Source of the DNA: a virus
IMG/VR virus record: IMGVR_UViG_3300035670_000024
Length of the DNA stretch: 64,000 nucleotides
Direction: 5' to 3' (one strand)
Below, piece by piece: positions 19,347-28,880 of this stretch; positions within the stretch are counted from its first letter, which is position 1, and each line of letters begins with the position of its first letter. Position numbers and translations under genes: made by a program. The notes under the pieces are model-generated. The model saw nothing but the letters and a program-made list of their open reading frames with translations, made no database searches and was not told the DNA's origin.

Positions 19347-22300
19347 TCAGAGATCATTAAAAAATGCTCCGAAAGAACCAGAATCTCCAAACTTCCTGTC
19401 TTCAATTTTATCCATAAGCGTTTCAGTCTTTTCAATAGTGTCAATCGCATTAATAAGATCTGCAATTTGTTTACAGATGTATGCTTTCTCATTTACAGCA
19501 GCATTCTTAAGTGCATTGCGAAGATGACTTTGTGCCTCCAGAAGGTTTTCTTTTACATTTTTAGAAAGTGTCATTTAAATTTCTCTCAATATCAAATTAA
19601 TTTAGTTCAGATTGTGGTTCAATTAGAGTTTGGTAATCTTCCTCAGGAAGCATACACAATGCACAAGATGCTATCTGATAAATGTCTTCTTTTGTAAGAC
19701 CTTCAAGACTCATCAAACGATTATCATCAAAACAAATTGAAAAACTATAACCATCATCAGGATGAAATAATCCACAAGTTTGAATTGTCATTCTTTAATC
19801 CAAAATCCATCTGCTGTCATTGTATATCCTGCCTCAATCATTTGAGTGTAATTGAGAGGTTGTTCTTCAGGATCAACAACAGGTTGATTTTTAAATTCTA
19901 CAACAGTTTCTTTCCAAGCAACCTTAAACTTCTCATCAAATTCTTGAAGGAAATATTCAAGAAACTCACTGGTTGCATACATCAGTGCTTCTGCCTTATC
20001 AAGTTTATGATTCTCAAGGGCATTGATTGCACTATCTAAAATTTCCCGAGCACTAGAGATCTTTGTGGCGGTCATTTCAAGGGAGTTCATGCTGTCCCAT
20101 ACTTTCTTATACTCAACTGTCATTGATTTTCTCCAAATAAAATGTCAATACGATGGTCTACTGCTTCAATGCTATTCTGCAACTCATAATTGCAGTTTGT
20201 CAACTCAATGTTTTCTTCTTCCAATCGTTTAATGTCAACCAAAGCATCCCTATATTTTTCTTCAAGAACTTCTACTCTTTTTTGAAGTTCTTCAATCATC
20301 ATATAAAGATTTGGTTCATAGTTTTCTTTCCCATACCGAGAAATCAAATAATCATAAACATTTTTCATTTTGGGACTTTGATTTGTTGAAATGGAATATT
20401 CAGGGTATCCGCATAAGATACAGGACAGTTTTCAGATGACCCGTGAGTGGCAACCCAGCAATTCAAGAGCATTATAGCACAGTTCCTGCGGAAGGCAAAT
20501 GCTTCTTTTCTTTTATCAAAGGATTCCCAAGATTTTGGAGGGAGTGCGTGAGCGTCCTCAAGAAGAGAATACTCTTGCTGATTTACAAATTGAAAATAAT
20601 GTTCTTTATTTTCTTCTGTTGGATAATTTACAAGATTTTCAATTAGTTCTTGAATCATTTTAGATTTACACACTCCACTTTTTGAACATAATCACGAGGA
20701 ACAATATGAGTTCTGATTGCATTAAACACAATAAAACAATTCGTAATCAAAATTGAAAGAAACATCAGGAGACGAATGGCAGCAATTTTATCTGCTTCCT
20801 TATCGTCTTTTCCCGATTTCTCTCCAAGGGACTTTGCGATCAATCTCCAAAGAGTATTATGCTTCTTCTTCATTTCTTGGTTGTGTTTGACTGATCTTAT
20901 ATGTTCCTTTTTTGAGTTTGTATCGTTTGAGATAACTATCGCAGTGCTCCTGACAAACAAAGTAACACTTTTTGCTTTCCTTGTTATCCTTATGTTCTAG
21001 AGTAACAGGAAATGCTTCGTGAAATGGAGGTGTTGAAATTGAAAGATCTTCTTTTACAACTTTAGGTGGACTTACTGTTTTTTTCTTGACAGTTCGTTTC
21101 TTGACTGGTGCAGAAGATTTACGTTTCATTGTTCGGCAAAGAGTTCCTTGTAGTAAGCATTATACCTCACAAAGGAGGTCACTGACGGTTTTCTGTCCAA
21201 AGAGTTACAGGACTCAACATACAAGTTGAAATTATACCACGGGGTCGTTTGATCCAGTGCTGGGAACTGACTGTTGCTGATGTAGTTGTTTAAGTGCTTC
21301 CAGAACTTCAGGTGTTTCATCCCACTCATAGGTATCTCCGGATTTTGAAATGTAAGTGCGTTTTGTCATAGTTTACCCCCTACTACTGATTTATAAGTGT
21401 GTGCGTCATCAAATCCTTCTTGCTTCATTTTTAAGTAAGCACGAGTTGCATTGATACATTCTTGTTCGGTTAAGGAAGTAATAATACCTTTTCCTTCCTT
21501 ATCAAAGGAATCCCAAGTTCCCCATTTTTTCTGCTCTACACGAAAGCAATCATCAATCCATTCAATGTCACTCATACTGGTAATGTCCTTTTTTGTTGAA
21601 ATTCCTCTACTACTTCAAGAATTTTATGAGCAACTTTTGTTGCTTCTTCTTCGTTCCAAGAATCAGTAGTTGAATATAACTGATACATTTCGTTTGTGAT
21701 TGTATCAATCAGAATTTGATAGTTTGTCATTGAACTCCTTTTCAAGTTCTCTAGCAATTTTAGCATACTCCCATCTCTTAATCAAGTTTGTGATGGGGTT
21801 TTTTGGATGAAACCTTATGATCCAATAAAATCTCTCAACATTAATCTGTATCATCTTAAAGACTAATGTTAGATATTCTGATACATTTGAATCTAATATC
21901 ATCATATATGCTATGACTCCAAATACCAGGAGTATTATAGAATTAAAAGGAGTCATAGTTTTATCCTATTGTATGAGGGTATTTATTCCTCATCTTCTTC
22001 AAGGTCTATGAGGTCAGACAATCTTTTCATCGTGTCCCAATGCATAGGGACAGTTTCAACTTTTCCGGTCGCAACATCGTGAGACATTTGTAACAAACTA
22101 TCAAGAAAATCTTTTGAATAGATTTCATCTCCTAAACTATCCCAGAAGTATAGAATGCACTGCTCTAATGGGTCATCATTCTTTAGAAGAGCATAACTCT
22201 CATAGTTGTTTCCCATTAGGTCTGCCCAGTTCTTAAAGGCATACCAACAATTGTACCACCCCTGAATAAGACAGGAGTGCCAGATATACTCAAACCAAGT

Positions 22301-22348
22301 CATTTTAACTTTATCGGTTTCTGTTCCTAAAAGAGGTTTTGAAAACAT
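19347..22348 (-). other. Dense array of about 12 small hypothetical genes
   Basis: Tightly overlapping minus-strand ORFs, including coiled-coil (20120-20368) and TM (20655-about 20873, 21705-21956) proteins. Confidence 0.7.
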
Positions 22349-22361
22349 TTTACTTAAGTAG

Positions 22362-22976
22362 TTAATTAGATATTGTATCTAGATTTCCAGAAATAGAAAT
22401 GCGATAGTTATCACTGGTATAAAATGGATAAACTCCATGATTCAAAGATGACGGAAACATTAAAATTGTCCCCTCCCAAGATTTATCCACATAAACTGGA
22501 GAAATAGTAGTTTTACCTAAAAAGTTAGTATAAACAAAATAAAACAAAGAATTCATGGGATTATTAGAATTTTTTGAATTCGGAAGTTCTAATTCACTTT
22601 TTAATTCATATGGTATTTGAATCCATATAACAAATGATAAGTTTCCAGTGTGATTGTGTATAGGATTATATTCATATTTTTTTTGAAAGTTTATCCATAT
22701 ATCTTTAATATTCCAATTAGGATAATCTTCATTTTTTTCTGAATATCTATAATATTCGTTTGCAAGGTTATATAATGTTTCTTTTAAAATTTCTTCACTT
22801 TCATAAACAGAATATTCCTTTTCAAGATTTCCTCCCAAAGTATGATTATATTTTTCAAATTTATCTTGATTATTTAAAATATACTTTGCTTCTTCCTTTA
22901 AGAGTTTTAGAATATCAAATGATACTTTAGATTTAATAACCGTGAACTGGTTAAAATAAATTGGATCTATGATCAT
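22362..22976 (-). CDS. Putative 2OG-Fe(II) oxygenase
   Basis: WINFQ..EYNPIHNH.G.LSFVIW, EGTILMFPSSLNHGVYPF, RISISGN. Confidence 0.8.
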   Translation of the reverse strand: MIIDPIYFNQFTVIKSKVSFDILKLLKEEAKYILNNQDKFEKYNHTLGGNLEKEYSVYESEEILKETLYNLANEYYRYSEKNEDYPNWNIKDIWINFQKKYEYNPIHNHTGNLSFVIWIQIPYELKSELELPNSKNSNNPMNSLFYFVYTNFLGKTTISPVYVDKSWEGTILMFPSSLNHGVYPFYTSDNYRISISGNLDTISN

Positions 22977-22988
22977 GTTGTATTTTTT

Positions 22989-23837
22989 TCAATTAAAAAA
23001 AGATTGTAGAACTTTACCTTTTTCAGCACGACTTGAATAGTCGTCAATCCAACTTTCAATGACATCACGAATATCTTCACATACTTCTTCTGGAGAAGTT
23101 TCTGGATCTTGAAGATAATCATATATCGCATCTTCCAATGCTCTATATCTTGTCCATTCAGGAGTATAAGGTTTGTATTTCATTGCTATAGGTTAAGGAT
23201 TGTCTTCAAGGTCTTTCAAGTATTCTAACCACCACTGAGGGTTTTTGTCAACCCACCAATTAGGTTCAATAATACCTTTTTCCAAGTACCAATCACGAAT
23301 GGCACTTTTAATAGTATCACCAATCTCTATCTGCTTCTTCCTTTGCATCAATGTCTTCATATGCATCTCCCAAATAGGGTCCATGTGGTCGTTTTGCATC
23401 TTCTTTTACATACTTGACTTCAGAAGCACTTGAGGACAACCATAATGACATTTTAGTTATAATGAAAATGATTGCAAGGGGAAGGAAACATAAAGAAACT
23501 AATATTGGGTATTTCATTAGTCTCTTTGTCTCCAGTCTTCTGGTTTATCATCAGAAAAGAAATCTACAATATCGTCAACAGTCTCAAATCTACGAATACC
23601 TTTTCCTTCGTGACCAAATCCACCAATATCAAGGGCATTCAAAAACCCATCCAAACTATCCTCAGTCATATCAGGATTTTCTGCTTTTCTTCGTGCCTGA
23701 CGGAGCATCGTAGCAGCAGAACGATTTGCTTTCGCAAGTTTTTCTGCCCATATCATTTCTTCAAGTTCAACAGTTTCTCTGTTGATAATTTTTTGACAAA
23801 TACCTTCAAGTTTGAGACGATATTGTGTAGAAAGCAT
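22989..23837 (-). other. Four small hypothetical genes (22989-23183, 23193-, 23317-23517, 23517-23837)
   Basis: Contiguous ORFs; CTAAATA late-type motif at 23860-23866. Confidence 0.65.
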
Positions 23838-23862
23838 GTGATACTCCTCAGATTAGTAATAT

Positions 23863-24663
23863 TTAGATTTCAATTTCAAAGTTTGGGTTGAATTCAATGT
23901 TCAGGTCTGCGTTATTATATCCATTATAATACCCTCTGGGATTACAGACAACCCTACACTCACCGATTTGGTAATCAAACGATGTGTGAGTGTGTCCGTG
24001 CGACCAGTATTTGATTTGAGGATGATTGAGGATAAAGTCATCAAGGTCACTTACATAGGCACCATTCGCAATACCACTTGTGCGATACTTTGGATGGACT
24101 GATTGATACGATGGTGCGTGGTGTGTAAGAACCCAAACCTTATCGTTCTGGAACAACTCAAGGTTCTCCTGTAGATACTTCTTGGTATTCTGGTGAAAGG
24201 CATAAGTATCATCAGGGTTCATCTTGCGATACTTTGGAGTGATACGAATGGTCTTATAATCATTAAGACACTGTGCTGCCTCCATCATTTCCAAAGCATT
24301 TCCATTACGAAAGTCAGTCCAGAGTGTTCCCCCTATGAAAATCCAATCGTCAATTCTAACGAAATCGTTTTCAAATAGGTGAATACCTTTAGGCAGGTTC
24401 TCTTTAAGAACATCCCAAGTTCCTTCGTAATTATATCCGTATGCTTCGTGATTTCCCGTAACATACAATACTTGGTCAAAGTTGTCGGCACACTTCGTTA
24501 GAAAGTCTTGATAGACCTTGCGGAGGGCACCATCTTTCTTGAAATGACGAGCACAGAGAATGTCCCCACCCAGAATGAGAACATCACCTTCTCCCAAGTC
24601 AGGAACTCCGTGCCCCTGTTCGCAACACTCAAGGTGTAGGTCTGATACTACTTTGACTTTCAT
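23863..24663 (-). CDS. Calcineurin-like metallophosphoesterase
   Basis: SDLHLE, GGDI, GNHE, GTLWTD, THHAPS, HGHTH, NPRGY. Confidence 0.9.
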   Translation of the reverse strand: MKVKVVSDLHLECCEQGHGVPDLGEGDVLILGGDILCARHFKKDGALRKVYQDFLTKCADNFDQVLYVTGNHEAYGYNYEGTWDVLKENLPKGIHLFENDFVRIDDWIFIGGTLWTDFRNGNALEMMEAAQCLNDYKTIRITPKYRKMNPDDTYAFHQNTKKYLQENLELFQNDKVWVLTHHAPSYQSVHPKYRTSGIANGAYVSDLDDFILNHPQIKYWSHGHTHTSFDYQIGECRVVCNPRGYYNGYNNADLNIEFNPNFEIEI

Positions 24664-24795
24664 TAATCTCTTTGATTTTTACAATCTTATTATACAGCAG
24701 CTTGGCGAAGATTTGGTGAGGTGGTGTGCCACTTTCTAGACTGGAATTCGTAGCAATATCCCACATTATATTCAGTTTTTCATCGTTTAAAACAT

Positions 24796-25110
24796 TCATC
24801 CGACCACTCGGTAGCAAACAGTAGTGCTTCCTCTACGAGTAGAAGCAATATGTGCAAAGGCAGCATAAGAAAGATCAATGCTTGCGTGAGAATAAGGGCC
24901 CCTATCATTTACCCGAACAATTACCTGCTTTCCGTTTTCCTGATTGGTCACACGAAGTTTGGTTCCCATTGGAAGAGTAGGATGAGCAGCAGTCCAGCGA
25001 TAAGCATCAAATTGCTCACCATTTGCAGTGATTTGTCCATGAAGACCGTCACCAACTCCGTAGAAAGTAGCGACACCACAAGCAAGACCAGCAACAATCG
25101 TTTCAACCAT
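24796..25110 (-). CDS. RlpA-like double-psi beta-barrel (lytic transglycosylase family)
   Basis: ATFYG..G.ITANGE.FD..TAAHPTLP.GT.LRVTN..NG..V.VRVNDRGPY..IDLS..AF. Confidence 0.9.
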   Translation of the reverse strand: MVETIVAGLACGVATFYGVGDGLHGQITANGEQFDAYRWTAAHPTLPMGTKLRVTNQENGKQVIVRVNDRGPYSHASIDLSYAAFAHIASTRRGSTTVCYRVVG

Positions 25111-25116
25111 TTTGAA

Positions 25117-25747
25117 TCACTCCTGATATTCTTTCATTACATTTAGACAAACTTTAAATTGTTCCCATTCCTTATCTGAGAAATTATCGCTCGCATAAGG
25201 AATGCCAACCATATCGGCACAGACCCTATTAATGTTAATTCGGTAGATTTCTTGTGCTGATACTGGAGTTACACCCAGAGTAATGAGTGACAGTAAAATA
25301 AGATTTTTAAATTTCATAATTAGTTTTCAACTTTCCAATGTTCGTTGCCATTTTTCTGAACCCAAAAAGAATACTCTTTGTTCAATGAAACAAGAAAGAT
25401 CATGTTTCCTGTTTCTTTAATGACTTCGCAAGCATGAAACCGATTCATAAAATGAATGAATCTATCATTTGCGATTTTACTCAAGGGAGTAACATTTACG
25501 AATTTCTTTTTGGGTTTGATCATGTTTCGTTTCATACCTTTGTATTATAGCAGGTCAAAGAAAATTATCCAAGGAACTTTGTGACACCTTGCTGACTGTC
25601 CTCACGATGCTTTTTGATAAAAGTGTTTGCTTGGCGAACGGTGCTCACATCCTCTAGTTGCTTTCCATCAAAAATAATCACAAGTCTTTTTCCCCATGGA
25701 ACAACCGCATATCCATCGGGAGTTTCAAATCCTTCAGTTTTGCTCAC
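25117..25747 (-). other. Three small hypothetical genes (25117-25317, 25320-25535, 25565-25747)
   Basis: Minus-strand ORFs; the first has a signal-peptide-like N-terminus. Confidence 0.65.
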
Positions 25748-26321
25748 AATAGTACTCCAAATCTTCTTTGTATCGCTTGAGAATCATTACACAGACTTCA
25801 TTGAAGTATTCCATGTTTTCTTGCAGTTGTTCCTCAGAACTATCAAAATTATTGGTGAGTAGTTCAATGGTTCTTTGAGAAGGAATATCTGCAAAGAGTA
25901 GAGTCAGTCCAGCGACAATATAGGATGCAGTATGATGCCCAGGAGAAATATCTGGCATCGTAATAATCTCTTCAAATGGTTTCGGTTCAATCTCCTCATA
26001 TCCAGGAAGATTATCGCCATACCAAGAGATTGCACCAAGTCCACACATGTAAACGCAATCTTTGATCAGATAGTCCTGTGCCTCCATGGACATTCGGGCA
26101 ACATCCTCCTTCTTGGGAAGTTCACCCTTTCGGAGTGCTTCAACAACTTCATCTGGTGTCTCGTCAAATTCACAATCCTCATGGAGAATATTCGCTAGGT
26201 CGTGCCTCTTCAAAAGGCACTCCAGATACTCCATCGTAAATTCAGTGGTCTCTTCAGTTTCTTGTTTAATTTCGGCAATCCGAGACTGAAGTGCCTTAAT
26301 GTCAAATTTGTCTTCCATCAT
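25734..26321 (-). CDS. Acidic hypothetical protein
   Basis: 195-aa ORF coupled to the helicase operon. Confidence 0.7.
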   Translation of the reverse strand: MMEDKFDIKALQSRIAEIKQETEETTEFTMEYLECLLKRHDLANILHEDCEFDETPDEVVEALRKGELPKKEDVARMSMEAQDYLIKDCVYMCGLGAISWYGDNLPGYEEIEPKPFEEIITMPDISPGHHTASYIVAGLTLLFADIPSQRTIELLTNNFDSSEEQLQENMEYFNEVCVMILKRYKEDLEYYCEQN

Positions 26322-26887
26322 TCAGTAAGAAATTGTTTTTCGTAGTCTAAGAGTTCTTTTGGGGTTTGAAGGTAGTTGCTCACGGGGTCTGCTGGTTTCT
26401 GATGCCAGTTTCTTCCATAGTTTCGTTTTACCAACTGAATATCTAGGTGTTGGTATTTTTTATCAGTTGGTACATATATCTTGAAGTTTCCCTTTTGATT
26501 TGAAGTCAAAAGAGAAAGTGCCCGATTTTCTTCTGGAGTAATGTCAATGGTACTACAGGAAATATAAAAGAGTTTTTTGAACTTTTCATAGTCCTCCAGA
26601 TAAATGTCAGCATGATCCATGATCATTCTACCAATAAACTGAGGAGAATAGCAATGATCTCTACATAAGATCCAATTACTATCCTTTTGTTTTTCTTGAA
26701 GGGCTTTGATTGTAATGTACCCTGTAGGAATGGAGAGTGAATGAACTAGATCATAATAAGGTCTGGTGACACCACGAAGAACATCCTTGTCATTTGGTCT
26801 TGATCTCCATAAATCCAGATTTGCCTTCATGGAATTGAAGGCAATCAGGCAATAAGTATCAATGCGATATTGAGTTGTAAGTTTCAT
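26318..26887 (-). CDS. Hypothetical protein
   Basis: 189-aa ORF; CRDHCYSPQ and T.EEN segments. Confidence 0.7.
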   Translation of the reverse strand: MKLTTQYRIDTYCLIAFNSMKANLDLWRSRPNDKDVLRGVTRPYYDLVHSLSIPTGYITIKALQEKQKDSNWILCRDHCYSPQFIGRMIMDHADIYLEDYEKFKKLFYISCSTIDITPEENRALSLLTSNQKGNFKIYVPTDKKYQHLDIQLVKRNYGRNWHQKPADPVSNYLQTPKELLDYEKQFLTE

Positions 26888-26890
26888 AGA

Positions 26891-28126
26891 TTACTTTTTA
26901 ATAACATCGGCAACAAAGTTACCCTTGACAAACACCTCGTCAATGACATTCTGAACACGACGAGCAGTTGCAATGCCAACCTTGTTATTGTACACGGGAA
27001 TGACCACTTTGCCAAATTGCTTTTGGTAATTGGCAAAGTCTCCAGGTTGAAGTTCGCCAGACTTCATGCGAGCAGTGTCCTCAGGATGAACCCGAATGCA
27101 CCGACCAATGCTCTGAACAGTGGAAATGAAGTTCTGTTGGCGAAGGAAGATGCAGGACTGAATGCCAGGAACACTGATACCCTCGGTCAGAATGCCAATA
27201 TGCAGAACGACAAACTTACGATCTGCATCAGCACCATAATTCGCAAGAGTATCCAGAAACTCACTACGAGAAACCCTACGCTGATTGATGAAAGCACCAT
27301 ACTTAGAAGTAATGTGCAGTACATCATAACCATTCTCGTTCATTTCTTCCATGAAGGAAGTTTGAGACAGCATGTTCATCATGACTTTGGTGTTGGGAGC
27401 AACCACCAAAACCTTGTCCATGTCATCTTCATTGAAAATAGTATCACACAGAGTAAAGAAGTCACGCTCATGAGCATTCTCCTTGTCACGGGAAGAACCA
27501 ACTTCCATCACAGAAGTCACAGGAGGAAGAATACTACCATTCTTCAGCAGTTCAGGTGCCTTGACATTGTGAATCTTAGAACCAAACACTTCCGAGTTGT
27601 TGTTACCGGGTTTGGAGATCACATTACTAAACTTAGGAGTAGCAGTCAAAGAATAGAAGTTCTTTGCAGTCTTGCTGATCTGCTCCACAGCATCAAAGAA
27701 CTTTTTATTGACAGCATTGTGACACTCATCAAGATACACAGTATCTAGATCAAGTTCTGCCTTGACAATTTTATCCAGAGAATGATAGGTGCTGAAGATC
27801 AGTTTGTTACCCTGATGCTTCTCACACCAGTAAGAAAGTTCAAGAAAATCAGTGGTACGGAAATGATCCGTGTCACCACTATGCACATGGGCAATGGAAA
27901 CATCACTGATGAACTTCTCAAACTCTTCGCTCAGTTGTTGAGCAAGAAGAATCTTAGGAGCAACCACAAGAATGGTCTTACTACTTTCACCTTCGGTGAA
28001 ACGATGCTTCGCATCGGAAATCATCATGATGCTCTTGCCTGCACTCGTAGGAGCAACAGTCAGCATCCTGGAGTGCTGACGCATCAGGGAGAAAACTTCT
28101 TCTTGGTGGGGACGGAGTTGAATCAT
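26891..28126 (-). CDS. Superfamily 2 DExH helicase (type III restriction Res-like)
   Basis: LRPHQ Q-motif, APTSAGKS, DECH, TATP, LTEGIS, QSIGRCIR. Confidence 0.9.
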   Translation of the reverse strand: MIQLRPHQEEVFSLMRQHSRMLTVAPTSAGKSIMMISDAKHRFTEGESSKTILVVAPKILLAQQLSEEFEKFISDVSIAHVHSGDTDHFRTTDFLELSYWCEKHQGNKLIFSTYHSLDKIVKAELDLDTVYLDECHNAVNKKFFDAVEQISKTAKNFYSLTATPKFSNVISKPGNNNSEVFGSKIHNVKAPELLKNGSILPPVTSVMEVGSSRDKENAHERDFFTLCDTIFNEDDMDKVLVVAPNTKVMMNMLSQTSFMEEMNENGYDVLHITSKYGAFINQRRVSRSEFLDTLANYGADADRKFVVLHIGILTEGISVPGIQSCIFLRQQNFISTVQSIGRCIRVHPEDTARMKSGELQPGDFANYQKQFGKVVIPVYNNKVGIATARRVQNVIDEVFVKGNFVADVIKK

Positions 28127-28148
28127 TGACCTCGTTGTGTATGGAAAT

Positions 28149-28205
28149 ATTATAGTGCATGAAAAGACCTCATGGAGATCTCAGTGGACAGTTCTGAAAG
28201 TGTCC
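28149..28205 (-). promoter_or_regulatory. Early-promoter cassette copy 10
   Basis: TATAAT 28149-28154; box gtggacagtt-ctga-aagtgtcc. Confidence 0.85.
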
Positions 28206-28250
28206 TGATCTCTATGAGGCCTCAATCCCATCTTCAAAGGGGACAAACCT

Positions 28251-28280
28251 ATTATAGTCAGATTCTTATGGGTGTGTCAA
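28251..28280 (-). promoter_or_regulatory. Sigma70 promoter
   Basis: TTGACA-18-TATAAT. Confidence 0.6.
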
Positions 28281-28697
28281 GTTCTTATCTTTTAGATACT
28301 CCTGGTAAAGAATCTTTTCATTCCAATAAGCAAAGATCTCATGAGGTTGTTGCCAATACTCAAGATCTTCAATACATTCTCCTTTAAAGTATCTTTTAGA
28401 AGATTTGATTCTAAGTTCACCAGTAACAAATTGCAGAACATGATACAGTTCATGAATCAAAGTTCTTACATAGGTTTTCTTATCCATATGAGTATGGAGT
28501 TCAATTAGAAAACATCGGGGATTATAGGTTTCTCCAATTATGTCACACCAACCAAGAGCTTTTTCTCGTTTGAGACCACGATGAACAATCTCAAGGTCAA
28601 GTTTATACCGAGCAAGATGCTTAGATACAAACCAACAAACTACATCTTCACATAGTTTCTTGGAATATCCATATCCAGTGGTTTCTAGAAGAATCAT
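28266..28697 (-). CDS. SprT-like/zincin metallopeptidase
   Basis: TLIHELYHVLQ and Y..QPHE.FA. Confidence 0.8.
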   Translation of the reverse strand: MILLETTGYGYSKKLCEDVVCWFVSKHLARYKLDLEIVHRGLKREKALGWCDIIGETYNPRCFLIELHTHMDKKTYVRTLIHELYHVLQFVTGELRIKSSKRYFKGECIEDLEYWQQPHEIFAYWNEKILYQEYLKDKNLTHP

Positions 28698-28821
28698 TGA
28701 AAGTAATTCAAAACGACATTGAAAAGACGAACACCCCAGTTCATAAGAACCATGAAAGATGCCATGAAAACCAGTTTATCAAGCGTTGAATAGGACATGA
28801 ATGCTCTTAGGGTACTCAGAT

Positions 28822-28878
28822 ACTATAAAACCCTACAAGGGGTCTTGTAGGGTCTTGTGGACGGTTCTCAGAGTGTCC
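28822..28878 (-). promoter_or_regulatory. Early-promoter cassette copy 11 (marks the start of the early region)
   Basis: TATAGT 28822-28827; perfect 10-bp hairpin accctacaag-gggt-cttgtagggt; box gtggacggtt-ctca-gagtgtcc. Confidence 0.85.
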
Positions 28879-28880
28879 TA

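Noticed and set aside
26318-28126. Type III restriction-modification system
   Set aside because: No DNA methyltransferase subunit or PD-(D/E)xK domain was recognised.
26870-28129. 292-aa and 115-aa plus-strand ORFs
   Set aside because: Antisense to a well-formed helicase; no recognisable motifs.
1-28878. The repeated box as a CRISPR array or integron attC array
   Set aside because: Copies are kilobases apart, degenerate and tied to a -10 at fixed distance; no cas or integrase gene is present.
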